Assembly: GCA_965112155.1 (NCBI GenBank) | Contig: OZ218105.1 | Source of the DNA: Podarcis liolepis | Lineage: Eukaryota | DNA: 64,000 nt | Strand: one strand, 5' to 3' | Shown: one piece after another, positions 24,351 through 36,398 of the stretch | Layout of the letters: each line of letters begins with the position of its first letter | Numbering within the stretch: position 1 is the stretch's first letter | Program-made: the position numbers and the translations under genes | Notes under the pieces: generated by a model | The model's input: the letters and a program-made list of their open reading frames with translations, nothing else | Database searches by the model: none | Told to the model about the DNA's origin: nothing

Positions 24351-27300
24351 TGGACTAGTGATGGTCAGGGATTGGCACAGTGCCTGGGCAGAGAGCGCAG
24401 AACAATTAGCAGCATCCACAAAATTCCTGCAGGGTGGAAGTACCTTGAGATTCTGGACTCAGGCTACATCAAGAGCAATTTTCTTCAGCTCAAGAGTTTG
24501 TATTTGTATATTACAACACCAAAAATCACAATATCAAATACATTCCTTGACTTACTGATTCTGCCTTTTCTAATGCCTGAGAATACACATTAAAAAAACT
24601 TAAGGATACTATTCTTTATAATGAATGTTCTTATCTTGATAATACCAATGTCTTTATACACTCTTGCTTCTCTTGAATTCACCTGCACATAACATTCAAC
24701 TTTGCAATCCTATTTATTTTCAGAATCCATTTAGTCGCAAATAGCACGCATACTGTACAGATATTTCTAACTAGTTATATACAGTCTTGGTTCACAGAGC
24801 TACGAACGCTGCATAGCAAGCTAAGTGGCTTTGAAAGATGCAAAGCCACTTGGCTTGGTTTAACTAACACACATGAATTATACTACAGGACACTGTGCTA
24901 AACTTCACAGGAAACAGTATTTGATGAGAAGCATTCAAATCAGTTCCTAATGCACACTTGTGCCATTTAACTTAATGGAATGGAAAAGAAATTCTGTATT
25001 CTAAACCCTTGTCTTTAATGAAATCACAATAAATATTTGGTGCACAGGAAAACATTTCAACAATGGAAATGGGAAACCTTGTAATTAGGATTTGAGAGGA
25101 GTGGGGAGACTGAAATCTCACTTCAAAATCCGAAATATGATTGAGTTTGATTGCTTTAGACTTTTTGGACAGTTGATGACTATTTTCTAGGTTCAAGATT
25201 GTAGACAAGCAAGCAAGAGGGAAATTTTAAATGTTGGGGGTCAACATACAGTAAGTTTCATTACATGCTCCCATCCCCCTACACTAAACTCATTTGTGAA
25301 AGGCACCATAAGATCTTGAGTGGGGTCTCTGGGCAGGGATTGTGTATGTTTATTGCTGTCAAATCTCATCCAGTGGCAGATGGCTAGACAGCGTGATGTT
25401 AGCCAGCTCTTTCCGCTCTTTGTCTTCCATTATCTTTACAGAAAAACAAATATGGTTACTTTCTTGCATTGCTCTAGATTAGATGATAAAGTTTCTGATC
25501 TTGGATTCTCCTGTGTTGCTTTGGCTGCATATATGCTCATCTTAATTTTCAAAGTGAGATTTCTTCTTTCCAATCTCAATGTTCTATAATTCAGGGATGC
25601 TTGTTACAAACTAGAAGACCAGTGTGTTTGGCAGTAAACCCCACAGCATATGAAGCTGTCGCCTGCATTTATTTCCGTGCACAAAGCGCAGCAGGTCCTG
25701 GCCTCTTGCAACATATTTTCAAGCACATATGATTTTAATAAGTACAGCCTCCTCAACTGAAAATGTAATGAACACACTAAATGTTCACATTGTTTCAGTA
25801 ATACGTGAAGGAGCCCTGATTATATTTGGTGAGAGTCTGCCCTGGCTTTTGCATATTTTAGAGCCAGATGGCCTACTAATGAAAAGCCTCTGTGCATCAT
25901 TCTAACTTTTGTTAAAAACACTCAAGAAACTAATGGTTCTGCCTGTACAGATTAAGTGTGGGATCTGGTGCAGCTTTAAGAGTACGTCAGCTTAGGGTCA
26001 TCATATTGTGCTGGAATTGCTAATGCCTATTGACAGGACACACACGGACACACAAACACACCTCTCCTCCGCTGTCTCTTTTGCCCGCCCTATTTTTCTG
26101 ATCATAGTCATTTTCTTAACAATCTCCCCAGACTATGTAATTTTGGGTAGGAAAACGTAGCTAAAACAATTTCCAAGGATCTCAGGGTTCACATGTCAAC
26201 CATTTCAAGCAAAGCAACACGTATGGAAGTTAAGAAAGCCTAATTATGAATTGATAACAGCAATGCAACCCTTTTAGCATCAAAATAGTACTAATAAACA
26301 ATAATAATTTAAATCTCAACAACAAATTAAAAGTACAGATGAAATCACTAATCAGTTATCGATGAATTAACATCATCATCATCATTATTATTACATTTAT
26401 AAGGCTGCCATATAGCAGTTTTCTGGGTGGCTCACAAACCAAACCAAGCAGTAAAATACAGCATATTAAAAACCTATGATGAATTAATTAAAAGTTGATG
26501 CACAATTTAAAACTCAAGGTATAAAATCAAAGGAAGCTACATACAAAATATCAATTACTGTTGAGAATGTGTATATATATTTCCCACACAGCCGAAAGGT
26601 TAGGTACCACATTGCTCTAAAACATGTTTGGATATCAGATGCCAAATACTAAATGCCAAATTAACCAGGTACAAAGACTCAGAACCAGTTCACTGAAATG
26701 ATGGCCCTGAAAGCTATTCACAAACTATCAGGGGTGAGAACTGGCCTGGAGCCAGACTCTTTCTTGCAACCTCTGCTTCACCCTTGCAATCTCTGGGCTT
26801 CCTGGTCCTTCTTCCAGCACCCTCTCCACATAAAGCTGCAGTTTATCACTGTACCCTAAAACAACTTCCTGCCTATAGCATCTAATTGTGTAGCAGAATG
26901 CACCCTGAGCATGTATCTACACTGCAGATTCAAACTGGTGCAGCAAAATCATTCCCAAGGAATTATAGGAATTGCGCTTCTGGCTCAGATCTCATTGAGG
27001 TTGTACAGCTGAGTCTGGGCTGTACCACTTCAGACTGCAGGTGGGGACTCAAGATGGCTGTATGCTCCTCCATGCCAGCCACCCCACGGTTAGGATCCAT
27101 CTTCCTGACATCTAGCTTTGACAGAGCTCTGAATTCTTTGTACGCAGGAACATTCAAAGATGTGGGTTTCATCTGCAATCTGCAATGGTACAGCCTAGAA
27201 ACAGATTAACCATCTTGGTGAGAACTGGGCCTCTGTGAGGAAATCTTACAAACAAGACACACAACGTGCTCTCTTCAGAGTGAAAATGTTCATGAATATT

Positions 27301-28152
27301 TCAAAGGAAACTAGCATGTACATACAATCCCAGCAATTAACTTATTCACTGCCAGCCTTCTGCTGTTACACAATAACAAGATAAAATGAGTGTCACACGA
27401 GTGCTACCTAATGTTATCAGTGATCAGAATATGAGAGGAGCCTGGGAATGAAGGGAATTTGATGCCTCCTGGGCAGTTTGCCTATGCCTGGTATTTTAGG
27501 GGGGAAGACTGTTGGACAGAATGGGGATGGGGTGCAAGACAACAACATTTAAGTCAAGCTGAAAGTAGCCTGCCACCTGTGATTCCCAAAAGAAAGCTGA
27601 AGCCTGAAACTTTAGGTAAAACCTTGAGACTCAGAAACCCTAAAGCACAATAGCTTTGTGCAGCTGGTGGATGAGTCAGAAAAAAGCTTACCTATGTAGG
27701 TGTTGGCCAATGTGCTTTGTAGGCATTGTGAGAAAGAACCTGGCTATTGTTGTTGTTATTACTCCTCCTTCTCCTCTCTACACAGTAGCTTTTCTGGATT
27801 GCAGGCAAAATCTCTAGTTAATATTTACTTTCATACAATAACATATTGCATTATCTTTTCACTTATTGACTTTTGATATGAACTCTATGATGGGGCTGCC
27901 TATGTTTCCCTGGACATTCAAAAGGGGACACATTATCTTAGTATCGTAGCATCTCTACTATCTCCCACCTGATCAGGGACAACATGGGGGGGGGAGCTGA
28001 GCCCCTCCAATTAAGCAGGGGAATGGGCCCCCTCAATTTTATGCGGCCTGCAAGCCACCAGAAGGCAATCCTGTATAGGGAAGGGAAGTTTTTTATATAT
28101 GTTGGAAGCTGCCCAGAGTGGCTGGGGCAACTCAGTAAGATGTGTGGATATA

Positions 28153-28411
28153 CCGTATTTTTCGCTCTATAAGACGCACCAGACCACAAGATGCACCTAG
28201 TTTCTGGGGGAGGAAAACAAGAAACAAAATATTTTGAATCTCAGAAGCCAGAACAGCAACAGGGATCGCTGCGCAGTAAAAGCAGCAATCCCTCTTGCTG
28301 TTCTGGCTTCTGGGATAGCTGCACAGCCTGCATTCACTCCATAAGACGCACACACATTTCCCCTTACTTTTTAGGAGGGAAAAAGTGAGTCTTATAGAGC
28401 AAAAAATATGG
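28153..28411. mobile_element. Tc1/mariner-superfamily (pogo/Tigger-like) MITE nested in an older repeat
   Basis: TIRs ccgtatttttcgctctataagac / gtcttatagagcaaaaaatatgg with TA duplications on both sides. Confidence 0.8.
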
Positions 28412-30111
28412 TAAATAGTAAAATTATCATTATGGAATGGGACGTCCCTATTTTCATTGGAGAAATGTTGGTATGACAGAATGCACAAGCCTCTTTGCAT
28501 ACTTTTCACATTTTGCACTTGCTATAGGGTGGGGTATTCTTTAACATCTACCCACACTTATTGTGTAATAATATTTACAGAAAATAACTTATAGTGAGTA
28601 CCTGATCTTAGACCAACTCACCACAGGAAAGATGCATCGTGTTTTGTAGAAAGAACAGATTGGCTAAATAACAGAAATTCCAAGGACTAGAAAATGAAAC
28701 AAGCAGGGCAGAAAAGTGCACTGGATGGAAGAGGGAAATGGCAGCTCTTTAAGACACCAGTTATTCTATAGCCTGGTGTCCAAACAACTTACTCATCAAC
28801 CACAGCTCAGACGTCACTCATTTGCTAAAAACACTGAAAGGTGGGGATAGCTGGGCTGGCACACTCACTCACTTAGAAGGGTACTCACACATTTTCCTTG
28901 ATAACTTCATTTCTAGAAGGGCTAGGCTCTTACATTTTTTCAATGAAAACTCAAAGTCTGGGTCCTCTGACAAGCATAGGCCCCAGAGCAATATCCGCAA
29001 CCCCCTCGATTTCTTAAAATAACAAGCACAGGGCCCTTCATTGGGAACAGAAGCACCAAACCAGGTGGCAACAGCTGCCACCTTCTCCAACGGTCCCAGG
29101 GCCTCTGGGCCTCACTTCAACATAGTGGTGCTATATTGGGGCCCAGAAGCACTGAGGGGAAATGAAAACGGCATTTCTCAGCATCAGGGCAAGGGAGCAC
29201 CATCTCTCCTCACCACCCCCATGCTGCTGCCCATCCTTGCCTCCACCTGCTGCGGCCTCCAGGTAAACTAATTTGGGGGTGCACACCTGGTGGCTGGTCC
29301 TGTGTGTAGGCCTCCTTCTGAAAGGCATCCATGCTCAGGCTCTTTCCCAGAAGTCTCTTTTGTATAGAAGAGCATCTTCCCTGGAAGGCTGCTGCCATTG
29401 CTTACATAGAAAGTGCCATTTCCCCCTACCAAATTAGTCTGAATGAGAAGCCATCAGAGCCCTGTTCTAATGTCTCTTCTTCTGCTACTCCTACTCCTAC
29501 CCCTACTCCTACTCATGTTTGGCTACATAGAGAATAGGTTCAATTCCACCATACACATAAGGAAAAGGAATAAGTCTTACATTTCCACCCCATCATAGAT
29601 GAATATCAAACAGGCATACATCAGAGGCTAGGCCCCCAAGGAAATGTTGAAGGTGATCTCCCTTTAGCGTCTTGAAGAAGCACCCAAGTCAAAAGGCCTC
29701 CCAATACATATCCAACCCACTATTTACACAGCATTACTGTTTCCTTGCGTATGATTTTTCGTAAAACATAAACTTACTGGGAGCTATCATTCTTCAGAGG
29801 CAATGACTATGCAACCCCACAACAGCTGACCACATTGATCTGACCCAGAGCAGAAAGAACAAACCACCCAACTCCATGTAATGTAGGAAGGAAACAACAC
29901 ATGCACAGGAGTTAAACAGGCGGGGCTCGTAATCATGCTATTAAATGACACAGCACTAGATGGAGACAGAAAACAGGGGGGAAAAATGTGTTCTACAGGA
30001 ACTACCCTGTTTCCGGGTAGAAAGACATTGAGTGGTCTGCCTTTAAGTCAACTTAAGCTCAGAGCTGGGATTTCCCAACTTTACTGGAGAAGGACAACAA
30101 GCATACATTAC

Positions 30112-32556
30112 CTCAGAGGGCACCAGAAGCCTCTTATTTGTGCTTATTAGCTGGTTATATATTGCAGGGTCACATCTTGTGATAGTGCTCTGGCGGCTCC
30201 CCATAGGGCTGGGAGCAAAGGGCATTTTGTACAGAAGTTCACTCTGGCGAGAGTCCGTGGTGAGGACCTGCTGGTAGAAGTTTGGAGGAGTAAATCCACT
30301 CCGCACAGTGTCTATGTGGTTGAAAGGCCCCGGGGTTCTATAAAGGGAGCTTCTGGAGGCTTTGAATATATCCTTGGATTGCCTCCACTTGTAAAATTTA
30401 TAAATCCCCACCCCAACCACGGTGACAAAGAAGGCCACTGAGATCAAGATGACAGCAATGATTAAATAGAAAGTCAAGTGCTTCTTTGTTTGGGGTGTAG
30501 TGGACACAGCAGTCAAGTCTGTCAGTGTCTCCCTAGATGTCTCTGCTACATCTACAGCAAGGGTCACTGTGGAGGACAAGGCAGGCTCCCCATTGTCTTT
30601 TATTAAGATGAGCAATGTTTGCTTGCGAGAATCTTCCTCTTGCAGAGAACGAGCTGTGCTTACCTCCCCAGAATGCAGCCCCACAGTGAACAGCCCTGGG
30701 TCAGTGACCTGAAGGAAGGAATACGAGAGCCAGGCATTGTAACCAGAATCTGCATCCCAGGCCACAATTTTTGTGACCATGTAGCCAGGGCTGACTGTGG
30801 GTGAGATGACTTCTGAGAGCGAAGAACTGTTGTTTGAGTTTGGGTATAAGAGCCTGGGTGCATTGTCATTCTGATCTGTGACAAAAACATTGACAGTGAT
30901 GTTAGTGGCAAGAGGCGGGAGGCCAGCATCACGAACCTGGACCACTAGCCTGAACTCCATGGTGCCCTCATGGTCCAAGGGGACTAGGACATATATGCTG
31001 CCATTTTCCCGGTTAATAGAAAAATACCTGCCCGCCAAGTCTCCCGAGGACATGGGACTATCCAGGATGGAGTAGGAAAGGTGGGAATTCCGGTTCAGAT
31101 CCGGGTCAGAGGCACTGATGTTAAAGATCAGGGTCCCTGGAAGGTTGTTTTCCTCCACATACACATCATAGGAGGATTGTGGAAATTTAGGAGGGTTGTC
31201 ATTTACATCAGATACTTTAACCAGTATTTGCTTCTCTGCCATGAGTGAGGGTGTGCCTGCATCCTGAGCTGTGATGGTGATGTTGTACTCAGAGACAAGT
31301 TCCCTGTCCAAGGGTCCTTTGGTCTGTAAGGTATAATAGTTTTTAAGGGAAGAGCTGAGGGCAAAAGGGATCCCAGAAGGTATAAAGCAATTTACTAGGC
31401 CATTGTCACCAGAGTCCTGATCCGTGACACTCAGCAACGCAATCACAGTCCCTGGAGCCGCGTCTTCTGGTATTGGGCTGTACACCGACGTCACTGTTAT
31501 TTCTGGGGTGTTGTCGTTCACATCCACAATCTCTACCAGCACTTTGCAATGAGCGACACCAGGATTTGAACCCTTATCTTTTGCCTGGATATAAATCTCA
31601 TAAAATTTGGCTTCTTCAAAATCCAGCAACCCCTTCAGCCTCAGTTCTCCAGTGGCAGAGTCTAGGGCAAAGAGCTGTCGGATTCTGGCAGGGGTGTGAC
31701 TGCTGAAAGAGTACACAATCTCCCCATTGGGACCTTCATCCAGGTCGAAAGCTCTGGTTTGGACAACCAGGGTGTTCAAGGCTGTGTCTTCTTTCACGCT
31801 GGCTCTGTAGATGGACTGGTTGAAGACAGGGGCGTTGTCATTTGCATCCAGGACGTCAACCAGCACCTGCAAGCTGGCCGATCGGGGTGGGGTCCCTCCA
31901 TCCATCGCCGTGAGAACCAGCTGCACTTCCCGCTGCTGCTCCCGGTCCAGCTCTTTCTCCAGCACCAGCTCCGCATACTTCGTCCCGTCGCCTCGCGTCT
32001 GCACGTCCAGCACGAAGTGCGGGTTGGCGCTGAGCTGGTAGGTCTGCAGAGAGTTGCTTCCCACGTCGGGGTCCTGCGCGCTCTCCAAGGGGAAACGCGC
32101 TCCGGGGGTCACCGACTCGCTGATCTCCAGCTTCATCTGCTTGCTCTGGAAAGCCGGGTCGTTGTCGTTGACGTCCTGGATCTCCACGGTCACGCCGTAC
32201 AGCACCAGCGGGCTCTCGGCCACCACCTCCAGGCTCAGCGCGCATGGCGAGAGGGCCCCGCAAAGTTCCTCGCGGTCGATGCGCTCGCTCACCAGCAACT
32301 TCCCGCTGCCCAGGTCCACCTCGAAGTACTTTCGTCCGCCGCCCGACACCACGCGGAGGTTCCTGGCGGGCAGCTGGGCGAGATCGAGGCCCAGGTCGCC
32401 CACCACGTTGCCCACCGAAGAGCCCCTGGGCATCTCCTCGGGGATGGCGTAGCGCGTGGCGGCGAGCGCCCGCTCCGAGACGCCCAGCCACAGCCAGAAG
32501 CCCACGACGGGCAGCCATCGCGCTCTCGGCCGGCTCCTTCCCGCGGCGCCTCTCAT
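30112..32556 (-). CDS. PCDHGC3: Protocadherin gamma C3 variable exon
   Basis: EIYIQAKDKG.NP..AHCKVLVE, ITVTSVYSP, SSLKNYY, VAWDADSG and YKWRQS..SSLYRTPGP match human gammaC3 as recalled; first ATG 32556; donor TCTGAG|gtaatg at 30112, phase 0. Confidence 0.95.
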
Positions 32557-33450
32557 CTCCCGGCCTCGCAAAGTTTCTTTCTTTTCGCGGGAGCGGCGGG
32601 GAGGTCCCTCTAAAAGTTTTCAGCCGTCCCTTCCATGCGGCCGCGACCCTGCCCGGTCCAGGCTCGCCTCGCGCGGACTTTGGGGGTCGGGCATTGCTCG
32701 GCGGCGCGGCGCTCCGGCGGCGGGACTGCGCTCCGTCTGGTGCTGGCGCTCAACTCGCGGCGGCGGCGGCGGCGGCAGCGTCCCACTTCGCGCTGCTTCG
32801 CCGCCAGCATCGCCGGGTCAACAGCGGCGCGCAGAGTCGCGACCATTAACTGCAGGAGAGGCCGCTCCCGCTCCGCCTCCCCGGCTCGCCGCCGGGACTC
32901 CGAGGCACGAGGCGCACGGCTCCATCCAAGCTGGGCTGGCGGGGCCCGGTGACTTCTTTTTTGGGGGCTGGGGCGGGGGTGTTCCTCGGTGAAAGGCTTG
33001 CGGAGGCTGCCCCCTAGGCTGCACAGCCCTCCCCGCTCCGCCGCCGCGAGAAGGAGCGAAGGGAAGCGCGGACCAAGGAGGCAGCGAGGGCTCATTGTTC
33101 TCGCTGGGGAGCGTGGAGGAAGGGCTGGACCCCGGACGCTTCCGAGGGATCGGGAGAGAGATGCCTGCCTGCCTGCCTCCGGTGCCTCCGCCTCTGGCTC
33201 CCTCGCTTACGCTCTCCCGGCGTGGCTGCTCTGTGGGGCAGCCCAGGGCTCCCCATGCACGGCACTGCTCAGGGAGAACCCGCAAGCCCCCCAAGGCGGT
33301 GTAAGCTTCCCCTCTCCCTCTGCTCCCCACAGTGGCGTAGCGTGGGTTGGGGTGCAGGGGGGCCCGGCCGCACCGGGCGCAACATCTGGGGGTTAGGGTT
33401 AGGGGGCGCAAATTACTTGCCTTGCCCCGGGTGCTGACAACCCACGCTAC
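31840..33450. promoter_or_regulatory. gammaC3 CpG island
   Basis: Very high GC and CpG over EC1-EC2, 5' UTR and promoter; (GGC)n tract at ~32759-32776. Confidence 0.85.
32815..32855 (-). promoter_or_regulatory. CSE / CTCF site of the gammaC3 promoter
   Basis: Sense strand TGCAG...ctctgcgcGCCGCTGTTGACC, the Pcdh conserved sequence element with its upstream TGCAG module. Confidence 0.8.
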
Positions 33451-34846
33451 GCCACTGGCTCCCCAATCTGCTGCCCAAAGGGAAAGGGGTGAGCAGGAAG
33501 AGGGCAGGTTATTTTATTATGATTTTGTTACAGGAATTTCTATACTAACCTTCACTGGAAACCCCCAGGATAGTTTGTGTGCGCGTGTGCATGGATTAAA
33601 GTACAGGCAATATACAGCAGAACAGTAATAAAAGCCAGGGATCTTATGCAAGCAGGCAAAGAATCCACAGGGCTAAAATCAGCTCTAAAAGGGCTGGGGA
33701 AATGGAAAAGTCTACCTGGTGCTGGAAGGATGACAAAATAGGTACCAAGTGGACCCCTCTACAGATTGCACTTCACAACTGAGGCACCACCACTGAGAAG
33801 GCCCTTTCTTTGGGGAGCAGCTGACTTGTTTCAGTTTGTGGGGCTGCCCCCAGAAGACGTTCTGTTGAAGTTCTGAATGTCTCGGCTGACACATAAAGTA
33901 TCCTGGGTCCTAAGCTGGAAAAGGCTTTAAAAGTCAAAGCCAGCACTTGGGTTCAGAAATTGGAAGCTAATGCAACTGGCATATAGCACCAATGTTACAT
34001 TATCCTAATAAGCCTACCTCAGTTGGTGATCAGCAGCTGCATTCTGAACTCGCAGCAATTTCCAAGCCATATTTTCAGAGGCAACCCCACAGAGAGTGTA
34101 TCACAGTAGTCTAACCTGGTACAATCACAAGACATGGAACACACCCACCATTTCAATGACAATGCCTTTGAGGGGCCCAGTCCCCTCAAATATTTTAGGG
34201 GAGCCTAAGGGACCTCAGTCCCTAGGAGTTGGCTCCTATGAACCTGGAAGTTATCAGAGTACAGATCATTGATGCTAAGCTAAACTTACAATTGCTGCTT
34301 GCCCTCAACTCCCTGCTACACTGGCCAGAGACAGAAGGTGAGGGGACCTGGGGAAGCAGTGTCTTTTCCTTTCACTTGCCTTTGCTCTCACCATAGGTGG
34401 TGGGGTTTGGCTCCACAGGGAGAGCACAGGCAAAGTGCAGAAGCAACCATTACCCTGCACCAAAGCTTGCTTAGCTCTCTCTCTCTCTCTTAGGAGTATG
34501 GCAAGAAGGTTTAGGCCAGTGATCGTAACAAGGAGAAGCCACTGCTGCTTCAGTTTGCTCACCTGCAAACCCCACCCTAGAAGAGAATGAGTGAGAGCCA
34601 GGGCATGAGACAGTCTAAAGAAGTCACCTCAAGTGGTGGAATCCCTGCAGAGACGTGTCCCCCCCCCCCGTTGCCACCAGAGTAGTGAGGAGAAGTGGCG
34701 GCAGTGTCTTCCAAGTTCCAGTGAGGTATCGCAAGAGCCCACAGAGGCCTCCAGAGGCCTTCTCATGGGGCTCTCACTAGAACAGTGCCAGATTAGGGCA
34801 GTGCAAGCAGTTCTCTTGTACAGGACTCTGAGCCAAGGGGGTGCAA

Positions 34847-34913
<67 letters not shown>
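34847..34913 (+). repeat. (AAT)n microsatellite, about 22 units
   Basis: Read directly. Confidence 0.95.
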
Positions 34914-34914
<1 letters not shown>

Positions 34915-35622
34915 ATTTATTTATTTATATGGGTTCCTACTAAGAAGATCAGTAAAAAAATACAAAAAGGAATTATTGTGAAGATAAGAAATATTTTTTT
35001 CTTGGGGTGGGGTGGAGAGACACCCCCCCAATTTTGTACTTGCTCAGGGCACCATATTATCAAAGTCCGCCCCTGGCTGGAACCCAGAAGCCACATCTAC
35101 ACAACCCCATAAGTGAGCCTTGGGTGGGGGCAGCAGGTGGCACATATGTAGGGGCAAAATGAGATGGGCCACCTCTGGTGGGGGCCTGTACTTGTTTGCT
35201 TACCCTTCCTCTTGATCTAGATGGCACAATGGGGAGGATTGGCTCCAATCTCCAGCATTGCACCATCCCACAGAGTGCAGGGGAGTTAATGAAAGGAAGA
35301 GGAGGCTGCTTCTGATATGAGCAACCACTTGCACATTTCTGCTCTGAGTTTGGACACTGTGAAGACTGGGGCAGCCAAGCTGCACCAGCTAGAGACTGCA
35401 AGTAGACAGAGAGCTGTTCTTCTCAGACAAGTGGGGTCAGAAGAGCCAAGTCTCAGGATACTTCCTTTTCTTTCCCTGTGTTGCTGATAGAACAAGTAGC
35501 TTCAGTCTAGGTTTGTGACTATAGGACAGGAATAGTAGTTATTCCAGATGAATGAACCTGAAGTAAAAAGGATGCAAATTTGGTGTTATATGATGCAAAC
35601 CATTAAACAGTGTTGGGAGGTA

Positions 35623-35880
35623 CAGTGTTACCTTGGGTTAATAACTTAATTCGTTCTGGAGGTCCATTCCTAACCCGAAACTGTTCTTAACCTGAAGCAC
35701 CACTTTAGATAATGGGGCCTCCTGCTGCTGCCGCGCTGCCAGAGCACGATTTCTGTTTTCATCCTGAAACAAAGTTCTTAACCCAAGGTACTATTTCTGG
35801 GTTAGCGGAGTCTGTAACCTGAAGCGTCTGTAACCTGAAGCGCCTGTAACCTGAAGCGTATGTAACCCGAGGTACCACTG
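35623..35880 (-). mobile_element. Tigger/pogo-like MITE, copy 1
   Basis: TIRs cagtg(t)tacct(t)gggtta / taacccgaggtaccactg with TA duplications; closely similar copy in opposite orientation at 55977-56218. Confidence 0.85.
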
Positions 35881-36318
35881 TACACTGATGTACAACAATT
35901 TCTAGGATGGAGCAGTGCTTAAGTCGATCCCTTTCCTTCTTCAGCTGAGGCTAAATCATAGATTTACCTTCCAACGGGTTGAGCAACAGTCTCAAAGCAT
36001 TGCTCTTGCCCTTGCTTGCCCCTACTTGCTCACTCCTGCATCTCTACCCACCCTGTTCAACTGGCCAGCGCTCAAGGCAGCTGATCACCTACCTATCCTG
36101 CTTCCCTGCCAATGGGAGTTCTTAGCAGCTGGTATTGGAAACATTATACACATCCCATTTATGATCACAGGTAGCTGTTTCCATTATGCAACAGTAGAGT
36201 GCCTATCAGTTAAATAATTGCTGGAATATGTAAAACTGGCTGACAGTGTATCAGACCATTAGCCCATCACTGACTACTCCAACAGGCAGCAAGTCAAAGA
36301 CCTTGGGAGAACATCTTT

Positions 36319-36398
36319 CATAGAATCATAGAATCAAAGAATTGTAGAGCTGGAAGGGACCCAAATGGTCATCTAGTCCAACCCCCTGCAAAGCAGGA
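36319..36398 (-). mobile_element. CR1 LINE 3' terminal fragment
   Basis: catagaatcatagaatc...gtcatctagtccaaccccctgc, same family as 835-910. Confidence 0.7.

Noticed and set aside
33388-33405. Two TTAGGG units in the gammaC3 upstream island
   Set aside because: Too short to call an interstitial telomere in G-rich sequence.
31696-33411. Many long overlapping ORFs (305, 220, 201, 197, 178 aa) around the gammaC3 5' end
   Set aside because: Shadow ORFs from stop-codon scarcity in a CpG island; low-complexity Arg/Gly/Ala/Pro content and no recognisable domain.
34629-34916. Poly-Tyr ORF, and the KERK-repeat ORFs near 3500
   Set aside because: Translations of (AAT)n and (GAAA)n microsatellites.
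35812-35865. Short direct repeats resembling a CRISPR-like array
   Set aside because: Spacer-less tandem units inside a eukaryotic MITE.
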